From assembly GCF_001194135.2 (NCBI RefSeq), contig NC_068988.1:58318051-58354152 (forward strand): 36,102 nt of DNA, in the 5' to 3' direction. Position 1 is the stretch's first letter; every line of letters starts with the position of its first letter. The position numbers and the translations under genes were made by a program. The notes under the pieces are model-generated. The model was not told where the DNA came from. It did no database searches and saw only the letters and a program-made list of their open reading frames with translations. Shown in pieces: positions 22,556 through 36,102 of this stretch. Source of the stretch: Octopus bimaculoides. Its lineage: Eukaryota.

Positions 22556-22689
22556 TACATATGCACACGTGACATACATACATATACACGCGTTATTTAA
22601 ATATTGCGTTCAGATATACATTCGAACACAGTGTAATAGCATGTTCAGACACATGCACACGCACTCACGAATTGAAATACACCTTCATA

Positions 22690-24560
<1,871 letters not shown>

Positions 24561-25296
24561 CGTAACCACACACTGCTCCAACTGTACACGCATACATAGC
24601 AACGCGTGTGCAGACGCACAGGCACATAGGATCCAGAGAGGCAAGCTGATTACTCGTTCGTTCATATTTCTCCGTCCATTTCTCTACGACAATCTGTGGC
24701 AAGCGATCAGCGTCTAAGGCAGCTCACAGGTTTGTTCCCCTCTTTCTCACTCTCTCTCCCTCTCCCTATGACATTCTACCTTTCTATGTGTCTGTCTCTG
24801 TCACTCTGTTTCTGTCTCTCTCTCTCTCTCTCTGTCGTTCTATCATGGGTCCAACTACGCGCACGCACGCACCCAAACGCCACATACATATGTATACATA
24901 CAACCCCCTAAACACACAGATACAGATGCACACACACACACACACATGCGCGCACAGGCATACACATAAACACGAGCCAAAGTAATGCATACATATGCGT
25001 GCGTGTGCACACACACACACACACACATATAGGAAATAGTGGCACAACAAGGTACCAATTTTTGCTGGAAATAGCAGTCGATAATCGTTCCACGCTAGGT
25101 AAAGCTTCACTGAATGTGTGTGTATATATATACGCAAAAACATACACATACTGTGTGTGTGCATGTGTGCATGTGAGTGATGTATTATACAGATGTGCAA
25201 ACAAATAAAAAATATTTATGTATTATGTGATGACCAATATTTTTAACTAGTTCCTTATGTATATATATATATTATGTAATGTATATATATTATGTA

Positions 25297-25339
<43 letters not shown>

Positions 25340-26224
25340 NNNNNNNNNNNNNNNNNNNNNNNNNNNNNNNNNNNNNNNNNNNNNNNNNNNNNNNNNNNNN
25401 NNNNNNNNNNNNNNNNNNNNNNNNNNNNNNNNNNNNNNNNNNNNNNNNNNNNNNNNNNNNNNNNNNNNNNNNNNNNNNNNNNNNNNNNNNNNNNNNNNNN
25501 NNNNNNNNNNNNNNNNNNNNNNNNNNNNNNNNNNNNNNNNNNNNNNNNNNNNNNNNNNNNNNNNNNNNNNNNNNNNNNNNNNNNNNNNNNNNNNNNNNNN
25601 NNNNNNNNNNNNNNNNNNNNNNNNNNNNNNNNNNNNNNNNNNNNNNNNNNNNNNNNNNNNNNNNNNNNNNNNNNNNNNNNNNNNNNNNNNNNNNNNNNNN
25701 NNNNNNNNNNNNNNNNNNNNNNNNNNNNNNNNNNNNNNNNNNNNNNNNNNNNNNNNNNNNNNNNNNNNNNNNNNNNNNNNNNNNNNNNNNNNNNNNNNNN
25801 NNNNNNNNNNNNNNNNNNNNNNNNNNNNNNNNNNNNNNNNNNNNNNNNNNNNNNNNNNNNNNNNNNNNNNNNNNNNNNNNNNNNNNNNNNNNNNNNNNNN
25901 NNNNNNNNNNNNNNNNNNNNNNNNNNNNNNNNNNNNNNNNNNNNNNNNNNNNNNNNNNNNNNNNNNNNNNNNNNNNNNNNNNNNNNNNNNNNNNNNNNNN
26001 NNNNNNNNNNNNNNNNNNNNNNNNNNNNNNNNNNNNNNNNNNNNNNNNNNNNNNNNNNNNNNNNNNNNNNNNNNNNNNNNNNNNNNNNNNNNNNNNNNNN
26101 NNNNNNNNNNNNNNNNNNNNNNNNNNNNNNNNNNNNNNNNNNNNNNNNNNNNNNNNNNNNNNNNNNNNNCGTACACATACAGACATACACATACATATGA
26201 ACCATCACACACACATACGGTTGC

Positions 26225-26258
<34 letters not shown>

Positions 26259-27163
26259 ATATATTATGTACGATACGAAATATTTGTCTTCAAATATATT
26301 CATTGACATAGCGAAGCATATCGCGCACACGCACCTACACACACACATGAATAATCTGTTGTGGATGTATATGTGTGCGTGCGTATATGCGCTCCTGATT
26401 TCATATCTATGCAAACATACACATGTGAATGTGTATGTGCATGCATGTATGTGAGTGTATGTATGCATATACGTATTGTTTACACACACGCACACACATA
26501 CACATATACATGCATATATATATANNNNNNNNNNNNNNNNNNNNNNNNNNNNNNNNNNNNNNNNNNNNNNNNNNNNNNNNNNNNNNNNNNNNNNNNNNNN
26601 NNNNNNNNNNNNNNNNNNNNNNNNNNNNNNNNNNNNNNNNNNNNNNNNNNNNNNNNNNNNNNNNNNNNNNNNNNNNNNNNNNNNNNNNNNNNNNNNNNNN
26701 NNNNNNNNNNNNNNNNNNNNNNNNNNNNNNNNNNNNNNNNNNNNNNNNNNNNNNNNNNNNNNNNNNNNNNNNNNNNNNNNNNNNNNNNNNNNNNNNNNNN
26801 NNNNNNNNNNNNNNNNNNNNNNNNNNNNNNNNNNNNNNNNNNNNNNNNNNNNNNNNNNNNNNNNNNNNNNNNNNNNNNNNNNNNNNNNNNNNNNNNNNNN
26901 NNNNNNNNNNNNNNNNNNNNNNNNNNNNNNNNNNNNNNNNNNNNNNNNNNNNNNNNNNNNNNNNNNNNNNNNNNNNNNNNNNNNNNNNNNNNNNNNNNNN
27001 NNNNNNNNNNNNNNNNNNNNNNNNNNNNNNNNNNNNNNNNNNNNNNNNNNNNNNNNNNNNNNNNNNNNNNNNNNNNNNNNNNNNNNNNNNNNNNNNNNNN
27101 NNNNNNNNNNNNNNNNNNNNNNNNNNNNNNNNNNNNNNNNNNNNNNNNNNNNNNNNNNNNNNN

Positions 27164-27210
<47 letters not shown>

Positions 27211-27517
27211 CATAGGGGGAGATATAAATACATATATATATAAACAATATATGAGTATATATATATACATATATATATATTTGTAATCACTCGTAAAGTG
27301 CCGCCTCTTTCTGTATCTTTGTCAATACAGACTACGTGACTTCCGTTTGTTTTTCTATCTCTCTATCTGTCTATCAATTTGCCTACCCACCCACTTCCTT
27401 ATCTATCTTTCTATCTACTCATCAATTTATATATGAATATATATATATAAATACGTATATAAATGACACTATAAGTGTAGTATATAGCCACACCTTTACG
27501 TTTATATCTTCAGCAAT

Positions 27518-27566
27518 ATGTCTTCTGCACCTGTGGATGTAATCGTCGTCGGTGGTGGGCTCAGCG
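27518..27566 (+). CDS. MAO: Probable first coding exon of a flavin monoamine oxidase (FAD-binding GxGxxG)
   Basis: ATG..MSSAPVDVIVVGGGLS-g|GTAAGT; upstream acceptor tttatatcttcag at 27501-27513; the phase-1 intron inside the last Gly matches exon 1 of vertebrate MAOA/MAOB (GGGIS-G). Only 16 codons, and no later exon is recognised in the window. Confidence 0.7.
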
Positions 27567-27759
27567 GTAAGTACATTATATTGTTCTAAAAGCCTATATA
27601 TGTGTGTGTGTGTGTGTGTGTGTGAGAGAAAGAGAGATAGATAGAGAGAGAGAGAGTGTGTGTGCGTATAATATATACAATATGCACTTAAGTATGGAAG
27701 TATGCATGAATGTATGTACGTATATATGCATGTATATATGCAAGCCTGTACATATGTAT

Positions 27760-27811
<52 letters not shown>

Positions 27812-28011
27812 TATGTATATGCATACACATGTACATCGCAGCTGTATACTCAGTGTTCATAGTAATTCTGTCATACAAAGTTAATTAGTAATAAGGTTGT
27901 ATAAGATTGACAGATATTAGCTAATAAAGCTGATGATGTACATGTTGCTGCTGCTGTTTATGATGATGAGGATGATGATGATGACGATAATATTTTATAT
28001 AAACATACATT

Positions 28012-28603
28012 GGTCCAGATGGACTATATGTAATCTGAACCTTTCCCCCCTTGTTTTATTATTTTTTTTTTACGGAATCCCACCCCACGTTTTAGGCTAT
28101 GGAGATTCCGATTCTGAAAAAAAATTTTCAAAAATCTCAATTTNNNNNNNNNNNNNNNNNNNNNNNNNNNNNNNNNNNNNNNNNNNNNNNNNNNNNNNNN
28201 NNNNNNNNNNNNNNNNNNNNNNNNNNNNNNNNNNNNNNNNNNNNNNNNNNNNNNNNNNNNNNNNNNNNNNNNNNNNNNNNNNNCCCCCCCCCCCCGGTTT
28301 TTATATAGATCCACAGGGTAAACCTAACCCTAACCCTGACCGTAACCCTAACCGTAACCCTAACCCTGACCCTAACCCTAACCCTAAACCTAACCCTAGC
28401 ACTAGTTTTGTGAGATTTGGCTGTTATTTCTAGCATGTAAATAGCCTGCTTGGTGGGTGGGGGTGGGGGGAAGGGATTGAAATTTTTCAAAATTTTTATT
28501 TTCAGAATCGGAATCTCCATAGCCTAAAACGTGGGATTCCGTAAAAAAAAAATTAATAAATAAGGGGGGGAAAGGTTCAGATTACATATAGTCCGTCTCT
28601 ACC
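28012..28603. mobile_element. Non-autonomous TIR element with 8-bp TSD and internal telomeric repeats
   Basis: Begins GGT, ends ACC; TIRs of at least 130 bp (ggactatatgtaatctgaacctttcccccc..ggaatccc..acgttttaggctatggagattccgattctgaaaa); identical TSD CATACATT at 28004-28011 and 28604-28611. Confidence 0.85.
28319..28399 (+). repeat. Interstitial telomere-like repeat (CCCTAA)n with variants
   Basis: About 13 units of ccctaa/ccctga/ccgtaa/acctaa. Confidence 0.9.
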
Positions 28604-30069
28604 CATACATTTTTATATATGCGTACACATACATATACAATATATGTCTATCTATATATATATATGTATTGTGCATATAAGTGCATGTATGCATAAATAT
28701 GCATATCTTTCTATATACATATATATACACAAATCTACCTTTACACACACACACACACACACACACAGACACACACACACACACAAACACAAACACACAC
28801 ACACACATATATATATGTATGTATGTATGTATGTATCTCTTTCTCTCTATATCTGTCTGTCTCGTGTATGTGTACGTATGTGGGCATGTATGCTTGCGTG
28901 TGCGCTCATGTGTGTATGTCTATATATATACACCAGGAATAGCCGTACAGCTTCATTGTTGCTATTTGGAAAGGGTGTGTATAAGTATATATGTGAAAAT
29001 GTGTGTTTGTGTGTGTATGTGTGTTAATTTGAGTGTGTATGTTTCTGTTTGTGTGCTTGCTACTGGCACGTGTGTGTAAATGTGTAGACACAGATGTGCG
29101 TGTTCATAGTGCTCTGATGTCCCGTATGTGTGTGTTTACATGCGAATGTATGTCATGTATATTTGTGTAAATGCGTGTGTGTTTTGTGTCTGCGTATGGT
29201 ATACGAAATGTACGTAGCCCATAGACCGGCCATAACTATCTTTATCTAATATATATATATATGTATNNNNNNNNNNNNNNNNNNNNNNNNNNNNNNNNNN
29301 NNNNNNNNNNNNNNNNNNNNNNNNNNNNNNNNNNNNNNNNNNNNNNNNNNNNNNNNNNNNNNNNNNNNNNNNNNNNNNNNNNNNNNNNNNNNNNNNNNNN
29401 NNNNNNNNNNNNNNNNNNNNNNNNNNNNNNNNNNNNNNNNNNNNNNNNNNNNNNNNNNNNNNNNNNNNNNNNNNNNNNNNNNNNNNNNNNNNNNNNNNNN
29501 NNNNNNNNNNNNNNNNNNNNNNNNNNNNNNNNNNNNNNNNNNNNNNNNNNNNNNNNNNNNNNNNNNNNNNNNNNNNNNNNNNNNNNNNNNNNNNNNNNNN
29601 NNNNNNNNNNNNNNNNNNNNNNNNNNNNNNNNNNNNNNNNNNNNNNNNNNNNNNNNNNNNNNNNNNNNNNNNNNNNNNNNNNNNNNNNNNNNNNNNNNNN
29701 NNNNNNNNNNNNNNNNNNNNNNNNNNNNNNNNNNNNNNNNNNNNNNNNNNNNNNNNNNNNNNNNNNNNNNNNNNNNNNNNNNNNNNNNNNNNNNNNNNNN
29801 NNNNNNNNNNNNNNNNNNNNNNNNNNNNNNNNNNNNNNNNNNNNNNNNNNNNNNNNNNNNNNNNNNNNNNNNNNNNNNNNNNNNNNNNNNNNNNNNGAAA
29901 AATTAATTTACAATCAAGAACAGGACATGTTCCAAGAGCAATATGCCGTCACCAAACATACAAGAAGCAGCGGTTCTATTCTTCTAAAAACCATATCTGA
30001 TTATCCGAAACGAGGAATGATACGAAGGAATCATACGTTAAATAATATCGTAATAAGTATGACGAGAGT

Positions 30070-30165
30070 TGAGAAATTAACTGGAGAGTCCTGGTTGGAA
30101 CACTTTCATCATCGGTCTACTGGATCAGGGTTGATCATGGGTTGAATAACGACGGTCCCATGTAA
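30070..30165 (-). mobile_element. SINE 3'-part fragment (probably family D)
   Basis: Reverse complement caaccctgatccagtagaccgatgatgaaagtgttccaacc; similar to 23742-23835. Confidence 0.4.
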
Positions 30166-30601
30166 ACTCTGGGCCATTTCGCCATATACAAAGAACATCA
30201 CTCAAATAACACGGTACACGTATGTGACATTTACATAATACATACATACATGCATACACAACATACACACATATATATATCACTATTTTTATATAAACAT
30301 ATGTGCGTGTGTGTATGTCTGTGTGTATGTATACGCAGACTCACGTATATAGATACATTCAGTCGGTGTATATAACTAATCTCTCTTGATTTGGAACCAG
30401 TTTGGTAAGTGCCAGTGCACGAAACTCATGGCTCTTGCGTCACTTCGTAACTTCTGCCGAAGAAATACTAAAATACAGACACACACATAGATGTGTGTAT
30501 ATATAAGTATATATATACTTAAATACATACATACATACATATATGCATACAAACAGACATACGCACACCACACGCACGCACACATACACATAATGTATAT
30601 G

Positions 30602-30642
<41 letters not shown>

Positions 30643-30915
30643 TATAACATGGTCACAGACTTTTGGCTGAAACATGTAAAAAAATGTATACACATGCACA
30701 CATATTTATATATATGCACAGACGACAATATATCGTTGTAATAAATTTATATACGCACGCACACATACACGCGCGCTCGCACTCATCCACTCTCTCTTTC
30801 TCTCTCTCTCACATGTAAAGTCACGACAGAAAAGGAGAAAGAAAAAATAGATAGATAGTTAAATAGACAGACAGTTAGAGAGAGGGGGAGAAAAGAAAAG
30901 AGAGAGGGGGAAAGA

Positions 30916-30955
<40 letters not shown>

Positions 30956-31981
30956 NNNNNNNNNNNNNNNNNNNNNNNNNNNNNNNNNNNNNNNNNNNNN
31001 NNNNNNNNNNNNNNNNNNNNNNNNNNNNNNNNNNNNNNNNNNNNNNNNNNNNNNNNNNNNNNNNNNNNNNNNNNNNNNNNNNNNNNNNNNNNNNNNNNNN
31101 NNNNNNNNNNNNNNNNNNNNNNNNNNNNNNNNNNNNNNNNNNNNNNNNNNNNNNNNNNNNNNNNNNNNNNNNNNNNNNNNNNNNNNNNNNNNNNNNNNNN
31201 NNNNNNNNNNNNNNNNNNNNNNNNNNNNNNNNNNNNNNNNNNNNNNNNNNNNNNNNNNNNNNNNNNNNNNNNNNNNNNNNNNNNNNNNNNNNNNNNNNNN
31301 NNNNNNNNNNNNNNNNNNNNNNNNNNNNNNNNNNNNNNNNNNNNNNNNNNNNNNNNNNNNNNNNNNNNNNNNNNNNNNNNNNNNNNNNNNNNNNNNNNNN
31401 NNNNNNNNNNNNNNNNNNNNNNNNNNNNNNNNNNNNNNNNNNNNNNNNNNNNNNNNNNNNNNNNNNNNNNNNNNNNNNNNNNNNNNNNNNNNNNNNNNNN
31501 NNNNNNNNNNNNNNNNNNNNNNNNNNNNNNNNNNNNNNNNNNNNNNNNNNNNNNNNNNNNNNNNNNNNNNNNNNNNNNNNNNNNNNNNNNNNNNNNNNNN
31601 NNNNNNNNNNNNNNNNNNNNNNNNNNNNNNNNNNNNNNNNNNNNNNNNNNNNNNNNNNNNNNNNNNNNNNNNNNNNNNNNNNNNNNNNNNNNNNNNNNNN
31701 NNNNNNNNNNNNNNNNNNNNNNNNNNNNNNNNNNNNNNNNNNNNNACACACACACACACACATATATTATAACATGGTCACAGACTTTTGGCTGAAACAT
31801 GTAAAAAAATGTATACACATGCACACATATTTATATATATGTATACACACATATGCATGCGTGTATACATCTACGCTCGCGCATATACAAACGTATATGA
31901 ATGCACGTAAATGTAAGTATTTGTCACTTGCAGCTGTTACATTTCTTCCGATAACTAATCTGTATGTATGTACGTACGCAC

Positions 31982-32023
<42 letters not shown>

Positions 32024-32681
32024 GTGTGTTTGCACATATACACATACAGATACGGAAACACACATAAACATGCACAAGTTTGTATGTTGTCCGGCAGCCA
32101 GAATATTCATGCCGTTATGAATGTGCATGTGTGGGTGTGTAAATTTTGTGTTTACATATACATGTGTCTTTTTATATATGCACACCTGTTTGTGGGCCTA
32201 TATATATNNNNNNNNNNATATATATATATCTGTAGTTATGTATGCATATTAGTACGTATGCATATAAACACACACACACATATTTATACATATGTTCTTT
32301 TTATTAGTAGTACTTACATATGTTCGGCTTGAAATCGTGTTTGAATTTCTAGATCCGTTATTGTCAGCTAGTCAACTACATGAACTACATGACTAAAGCA
32401 ATCTAATAATAGACTATTGCTCTCAGAAAAGACTTATGTTTACTTGTCACTCGACTTTCTATAGATCGGGCGAGACGTTATTTATTTGTACACAAAGATT
32501 ATTGTGATGATTCTGTGTTACATTTAACCGAGAAGAGACACATGTAAAGTTGTAAATGATCATACCACTCAAAATGTCAGCTTTACTTTGCAGTGCATTA
32601 ACAAGCAATTTTCATACTCATTATTGAGTCGTTCTGGCTTGTATGTATGTATGTATGTATGTATGTATGTATGTTTGTATA

Positions 32682-32716
<35 letters not shown>

Positions 32717-32739
32717 CTCTTCTGTTTTTTTAATTATTA

Positions 32740-33760
32740 TAAATCTTCCACTGAAGAGGGAGCCGGTTTCCAACAAAGATACATGGCTCCATCTTTGGGA
32801 TGTAGTTAACCCAGACAAATTCACATTTGGAACTTGAGAAAAGTCTTGCATATTTTTACTGTTCCATCCACAAATTGCACTTGTAATGTACGAATTAGTC
32901 GGTTGCTTTCTCTTTCTGAAAATCCCAGTTTATCCAGATTCTCCTTTAAGCATTTACTAACAAAACCTAGAGCTCAAATTATTATTGGTAGGAATATGAA
33001 TTCATAGTCTGGATATAGAAGCTGGAGGTTTCGAATCAGTTGTCCATAGGTATCCTCCTTTTCTTTGTTTTACAAAGAAATGTTTATATTTGCAGAGCAG
33101 CCGATCTCTATGATGGTAAGTACATTCACCCCTCTGTCCCAAACCACAATATCCGGCCTGTTATGTTTACATTTGACAGAAATTTTGATGGGAATATTCT
33201 ACCAGTATTCCTTGAGTCGGTGTTTATGAATGTATTCCATAACAGAGGGATTTTCTAAGTTTATTTCAGGACAGTCTTTCTTGCGGATGGCATTGTAAAT
33301 TGTTTCAGCGACAACACCGTGCCGCAAAGGGAGGGTAATAACATGTGGACATTTTAGGACAGCTGCTAATCACATGCGTGATGTCATCCACAGAAACATG
33401 ACATAGCATACACATGCGGTTGCATCTTGGGATTATAAGAGTGTCACTGTCTCTCTTGTTTACCAGTTACTTTGTGGCAATCTCCTGTTTCTGGATTTCA
33501 AAGTGTTGTGATGTAGTAGTCTTGTGTCCAAGAGATGCTGAGCTACGTGTCAATTCTACTGTCTTCTTCAAGCTTCCGGGCAACATACCCGTGCATAGTC
33601 TTTTTTTGTATGCTGAGTGCTTTCCGTCCAGGTCTTCTCTGAAGCAAGAGAGCCCAGCTGTTTTGGGGCTGTATAGATCACCAGGGAGAGAGTGCTTCTT
33701 GAGGAACTCACTGCCAACTCGTACAATGCTGCTCACTTCACTTTTCGGCACTGCGTTTAT
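32740..33760 (-). mobile_element. R4-clade (REL-endonuclease) LINE 3' fragment, second family
   Basis: TSQHFEIQKQEIATK*..CMLCHVSVDDITHVISSCPKMS..LRHGVVAETIYNAIRKKD..KCKHNRPDIVVWD..IIEIGC..KEDTYGQLIRNLQLLYPDYEF..IIIGALGF..GTVKICKTFLKF. Confidence 0.85.
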
Positions 33761-33974
33761 ATATTTATTTTTGCTGTTGTTGTTTAGCAGGTGCTACCTG
33801 AGTGACACCATACAGCATTCGAAAGCCGTCTGCATGTATGTGTGTATGTATGTATGTATGTATGTATGTATGTATGTATGTATGTATGCATGCATGTATG
33901 TATGTATGCATGTATGTATGTATGTATGTATGTATGTATGTAGGTAGGTAGGTAGGTAAGTAGCTAGGTACGTA

Positions 33975-34070
33975 GAGTGGCTTTTATTGGACATTCCACA
34001 GGAAGAAAAACAAAACCTGTCAAAGAACAGATGAATTGAGTAGAGTCAACGGCCATTCAATACCTGGGAG
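33975..34070 (+). repeat. Dispersed repeat, copy 1 (partner at about 35175-35270)
   Basis: tttattggaca..gaaaaacaaaacc.gtcaaag...gagtcaacggc.at.caata present twice. Confidence 0.7.
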
Positions 34071-34268
34071 TTAGAGACCCATAGCTTTCGTTTAGATATC
34101 TCTCTAGGAGAAGGAAATTACGAAATAACATCCGCCTCATTGTGAAATCAGAGAGTTTGCTCTCGCTTGTTTCTGTACTACTTTCTCTTGTGGGTCAGAG
34201 TACAACTGTTATTGACTTCATACTTTAGCGCAGGCATTGCTGCATTGTTGATAGCCATTGTCTTTAAC

Positions 34269-34502
34269 CGCGTGCAGACAATTCGTTGACAGCCAATTCA
34301 CCGACAGACAATTCGCCGATTGGACAATTGGCTGATTGGACAATAAGTCGACATGCGGAAGTATCGGTCATGGAGTTCATCAAAACGGAACGAGGAAGCA
34401 GACATTTAAAAAATGTCGACATTTTGTCCTTTCGGCAAATTGTCCAATCGGTCTGTAAGTTGTCTGTCGGCCAACTGTCTGTCGACGAATTGTCCGTCTT
34501 CC
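34269..34502. mobile_element. MITE-like element with about 60-bp TIRs and a FLYWCH-like remnant (Mutator-like)
   Basis: gacaattcgttgacagccaattcaccgacagacaattc (34277) pairs with gttgtctgtcggccaactgtctgtcgacgaattgtc (to 34494); internal MEFIKTERGSRHL from 34370. Confidence 0.65.
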
Positions 34503-35109
34503 GTCTTTAATATTTAGAATAAAATAATTTGTTTATGATGATCATACTTGTCTACGGGTCAACGGCCACATGTATGTATGTATGTATGTATGTATGTATG
34601 TATGTATGTATGTATGTATGTATGTATGTATGTGCATTTGTATCTATGTATGATTTTACTTTGAGCTCAATTTAAGCACTTCTTGAGGGAGTGTAAGCCG
34701 GTTGCTAACAAAGCAACAAAACTTTTTGAATGTAAAAGAGTTCCTGGTGTTTGTAAATATGTGACTGAGTTGGTATGTTGGTTGAACTGTCGATGCACAC
34801 ACTCAAGTGTGTGTGCATCTATTCACATAAGAATCTCAGCTGGAGAATGTTTGGAACGTCTTACAAATCTTTACTGTGCCACTAATAGATTGGATTTGGA
34901 GAATCCGCGCCAGTTTCTTTTCCATGAAAGCAAGTATTTCTAGTTTTTTGTGCAAATTTGTATGCATGTATGTATGTGTAGATGTACTTTCACTCATGTA
35001 GTTTGAACATGTCACTTTAGTGCAAGAATGTGTAGGTGTGAAATTACAAAGGATGTGTGTGTTTTTGTGTCATATGTCAGGTCACTTTCGAGTGTTATTG
35101 GTAACATGT

Positions 35110-35270
35110 AACCCAGTACAACCTGTCGCATGGTCGGGCCGTCGGAGACTAAACCGGCAACCCCACCAAGCTTGCTTGGTGAAGAGAGTGTTTATTGGAC
35201 ACCCCGCGGGATGAAAAACAAAACCCGTCAAAGGGTGGAAGAACTCTTGAGTCAACGGCTATCCAATATA
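35110..35270 (+). repeat. Dispersed repeat, copy 2 (possible LINE 5' UTR)
   Basis: Longer version of 33975-34070, preceded by gcatggtcgg..ccccaccaagcttgcttggtgaag. Confidence 0.55.
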
Positions 35271-35304
35271 TGTGCAATTATATATTTAATGTATATCTCC
35301 CTTT

Positions 35305-35722
35305 TTCTGGTTTTCGTGTGGGACGCGGCACTGCTGATGTGATATTTTCAGCTAGACAGCTTCAGGAGAAGTGTGTGGAACAAGGTCTGAATTTATATTA
35401 GTTTTTTGTCGATCTGACAAAAGCTTTTGATACCGTTAACAGAAATGCACTGTGGAAAGTCCTCCAGAAACTTGGTTGTCCTGAAAAGTTCCTTGCTTTG
35501 GTTAAGTCTTTTCATGAAGACATGAAGAGTAAGGTCAATGTTAGAGGGAAAATGTCAGAGTCTATCTCAATACAAAATGGAGTGAAATAGGGGGGTATTC
35601 TGGCACCGACCCTATTTGCCATATATTTTGCGATGGTTTTCTGTATTGCATTCAGAAACTGCAGATATGGTGTTTACATCCATTATCGAACCTCTGGGAG
35701 CATATTTAATATCAGGCGCTTT
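35305..35722 (+). mobile_element. RTE-clade LINE reverse transcriptase fragment
   Basis: SGFRVGRGTADVIFSARQLQEKCVEQ..FVDLTKAFDTVNRNALWKVLQKLGCPEKF..NGVK*GGILAPTLFAIYF..GVYIHYRTSGSIFNIRRF. Confidence 0.9.
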
Positions 35723-35812
35723 GTTCAAGGACACAACGCGTGGGCGGGAATTGAACTCATGACCTTACGATCGTGAGCCGAATTTCCTAACCACTAAGCC
35801 ACGCGCCTTCAC
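35721..35812 (-). mobile_element. tRNA-derived SINE family D head
   Basis: Reverse complement gtgaaggcgcgtggcttagtggttagg..gtcatgagttcaattcc..gcgttgtgtccttgaacaa with A- and B-boxes. Confidence 0.75.
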
Positions 35813-35927
35813 TTACGTAAATTCTAAATACATACGTACATACATACATATACACATGCGCACATACGTATATGTATGCATGCGCACGTACACATCTACA
35901 TACATACATACATACATACATACATAC

Positions 35928-36102
35928 CAGTGGCGTGCGGTGACTTCCGGGGTTGGGCATGCAATGAATTTCTCCCCCCCCCCGGCAATTTTTCAGTAAA
36001 TAAATTTTCGTATTCCTACAATTTACATAGGGGAGATTCTGAATATGCAATCACCCCCGTATGACCTAGAATAAGCAGGGAATAAAAAATGGCTCTGTAA
36101 AG
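35928..36102 (+). mobile_element. Possible left terminus of a hAT-like element
   Basis: Abrupt switch from (TACA)n to CAGTGGCGTGC, a common hAT-type terminus; the partner TIR is not in the window. Confidence 0.3.

Noticed and set aside
28319-28399. True chromosome end
   Set aside because: Short, degenerate and enclosed by TIRs and a TSD with sequence on both sides.
33414-33947. 177-aa plus-strand ORF
   Set aside because: Antisense to the R4-like LINE and runs into (TATG)n; the minus strand carries the real motifs.
34791-34819. Small palindrome gatgcacacact..agtgtgtgtgcatc
   Set aside because: Built from CA/TG repeats, expected by chance here.
29897-36102. Search for MAO exon 2 (..VLEARDRVGGR..)
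   Set aside because: No matching sequence found by eye; it may lie in a gap or beyond the window.

Overview
Eukaryotic, AT-rich, microsatellite-dense genomic DNA with 12 N-gaps (about 4.7 kb). The tRNA-derived SINE families resemble those I recall from octopus, so a cephalopod origin is an unverified inference. Nearly all listed ORFs are artefacts of microsatellites or gaps. The real content is mostly decayed mobile DNA: two DD37D Tc1/mariner relics, two Penelope-like retroelements (PLEs), a hAT/DUF4371 transposase relic, R4/Dong-like and RTE LINE fragments, at least four SINE families and two terminal-inverted-repeat (TIR) elements. One host-gene exon is recognisable: a probable first coding exon of a flavin monoamine oxidase (27518-27566, +). 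The most unusual observation is a degenerate Ulp1/C48-like cysteine protease directly upstream of, and co-oriented with, a PLE reverse transcriptase (RT)-GIY-YIG ORF. Also notable are a TIR element with an 8-bp target-site duplication (TSD) carrying telomeric repeats, hammerhead-like motifs, and orientation-specific insertion of SINEs/LINEs into microsatellites. All translations and alignments were done by eye and boundaries are approximate; no database search was run.
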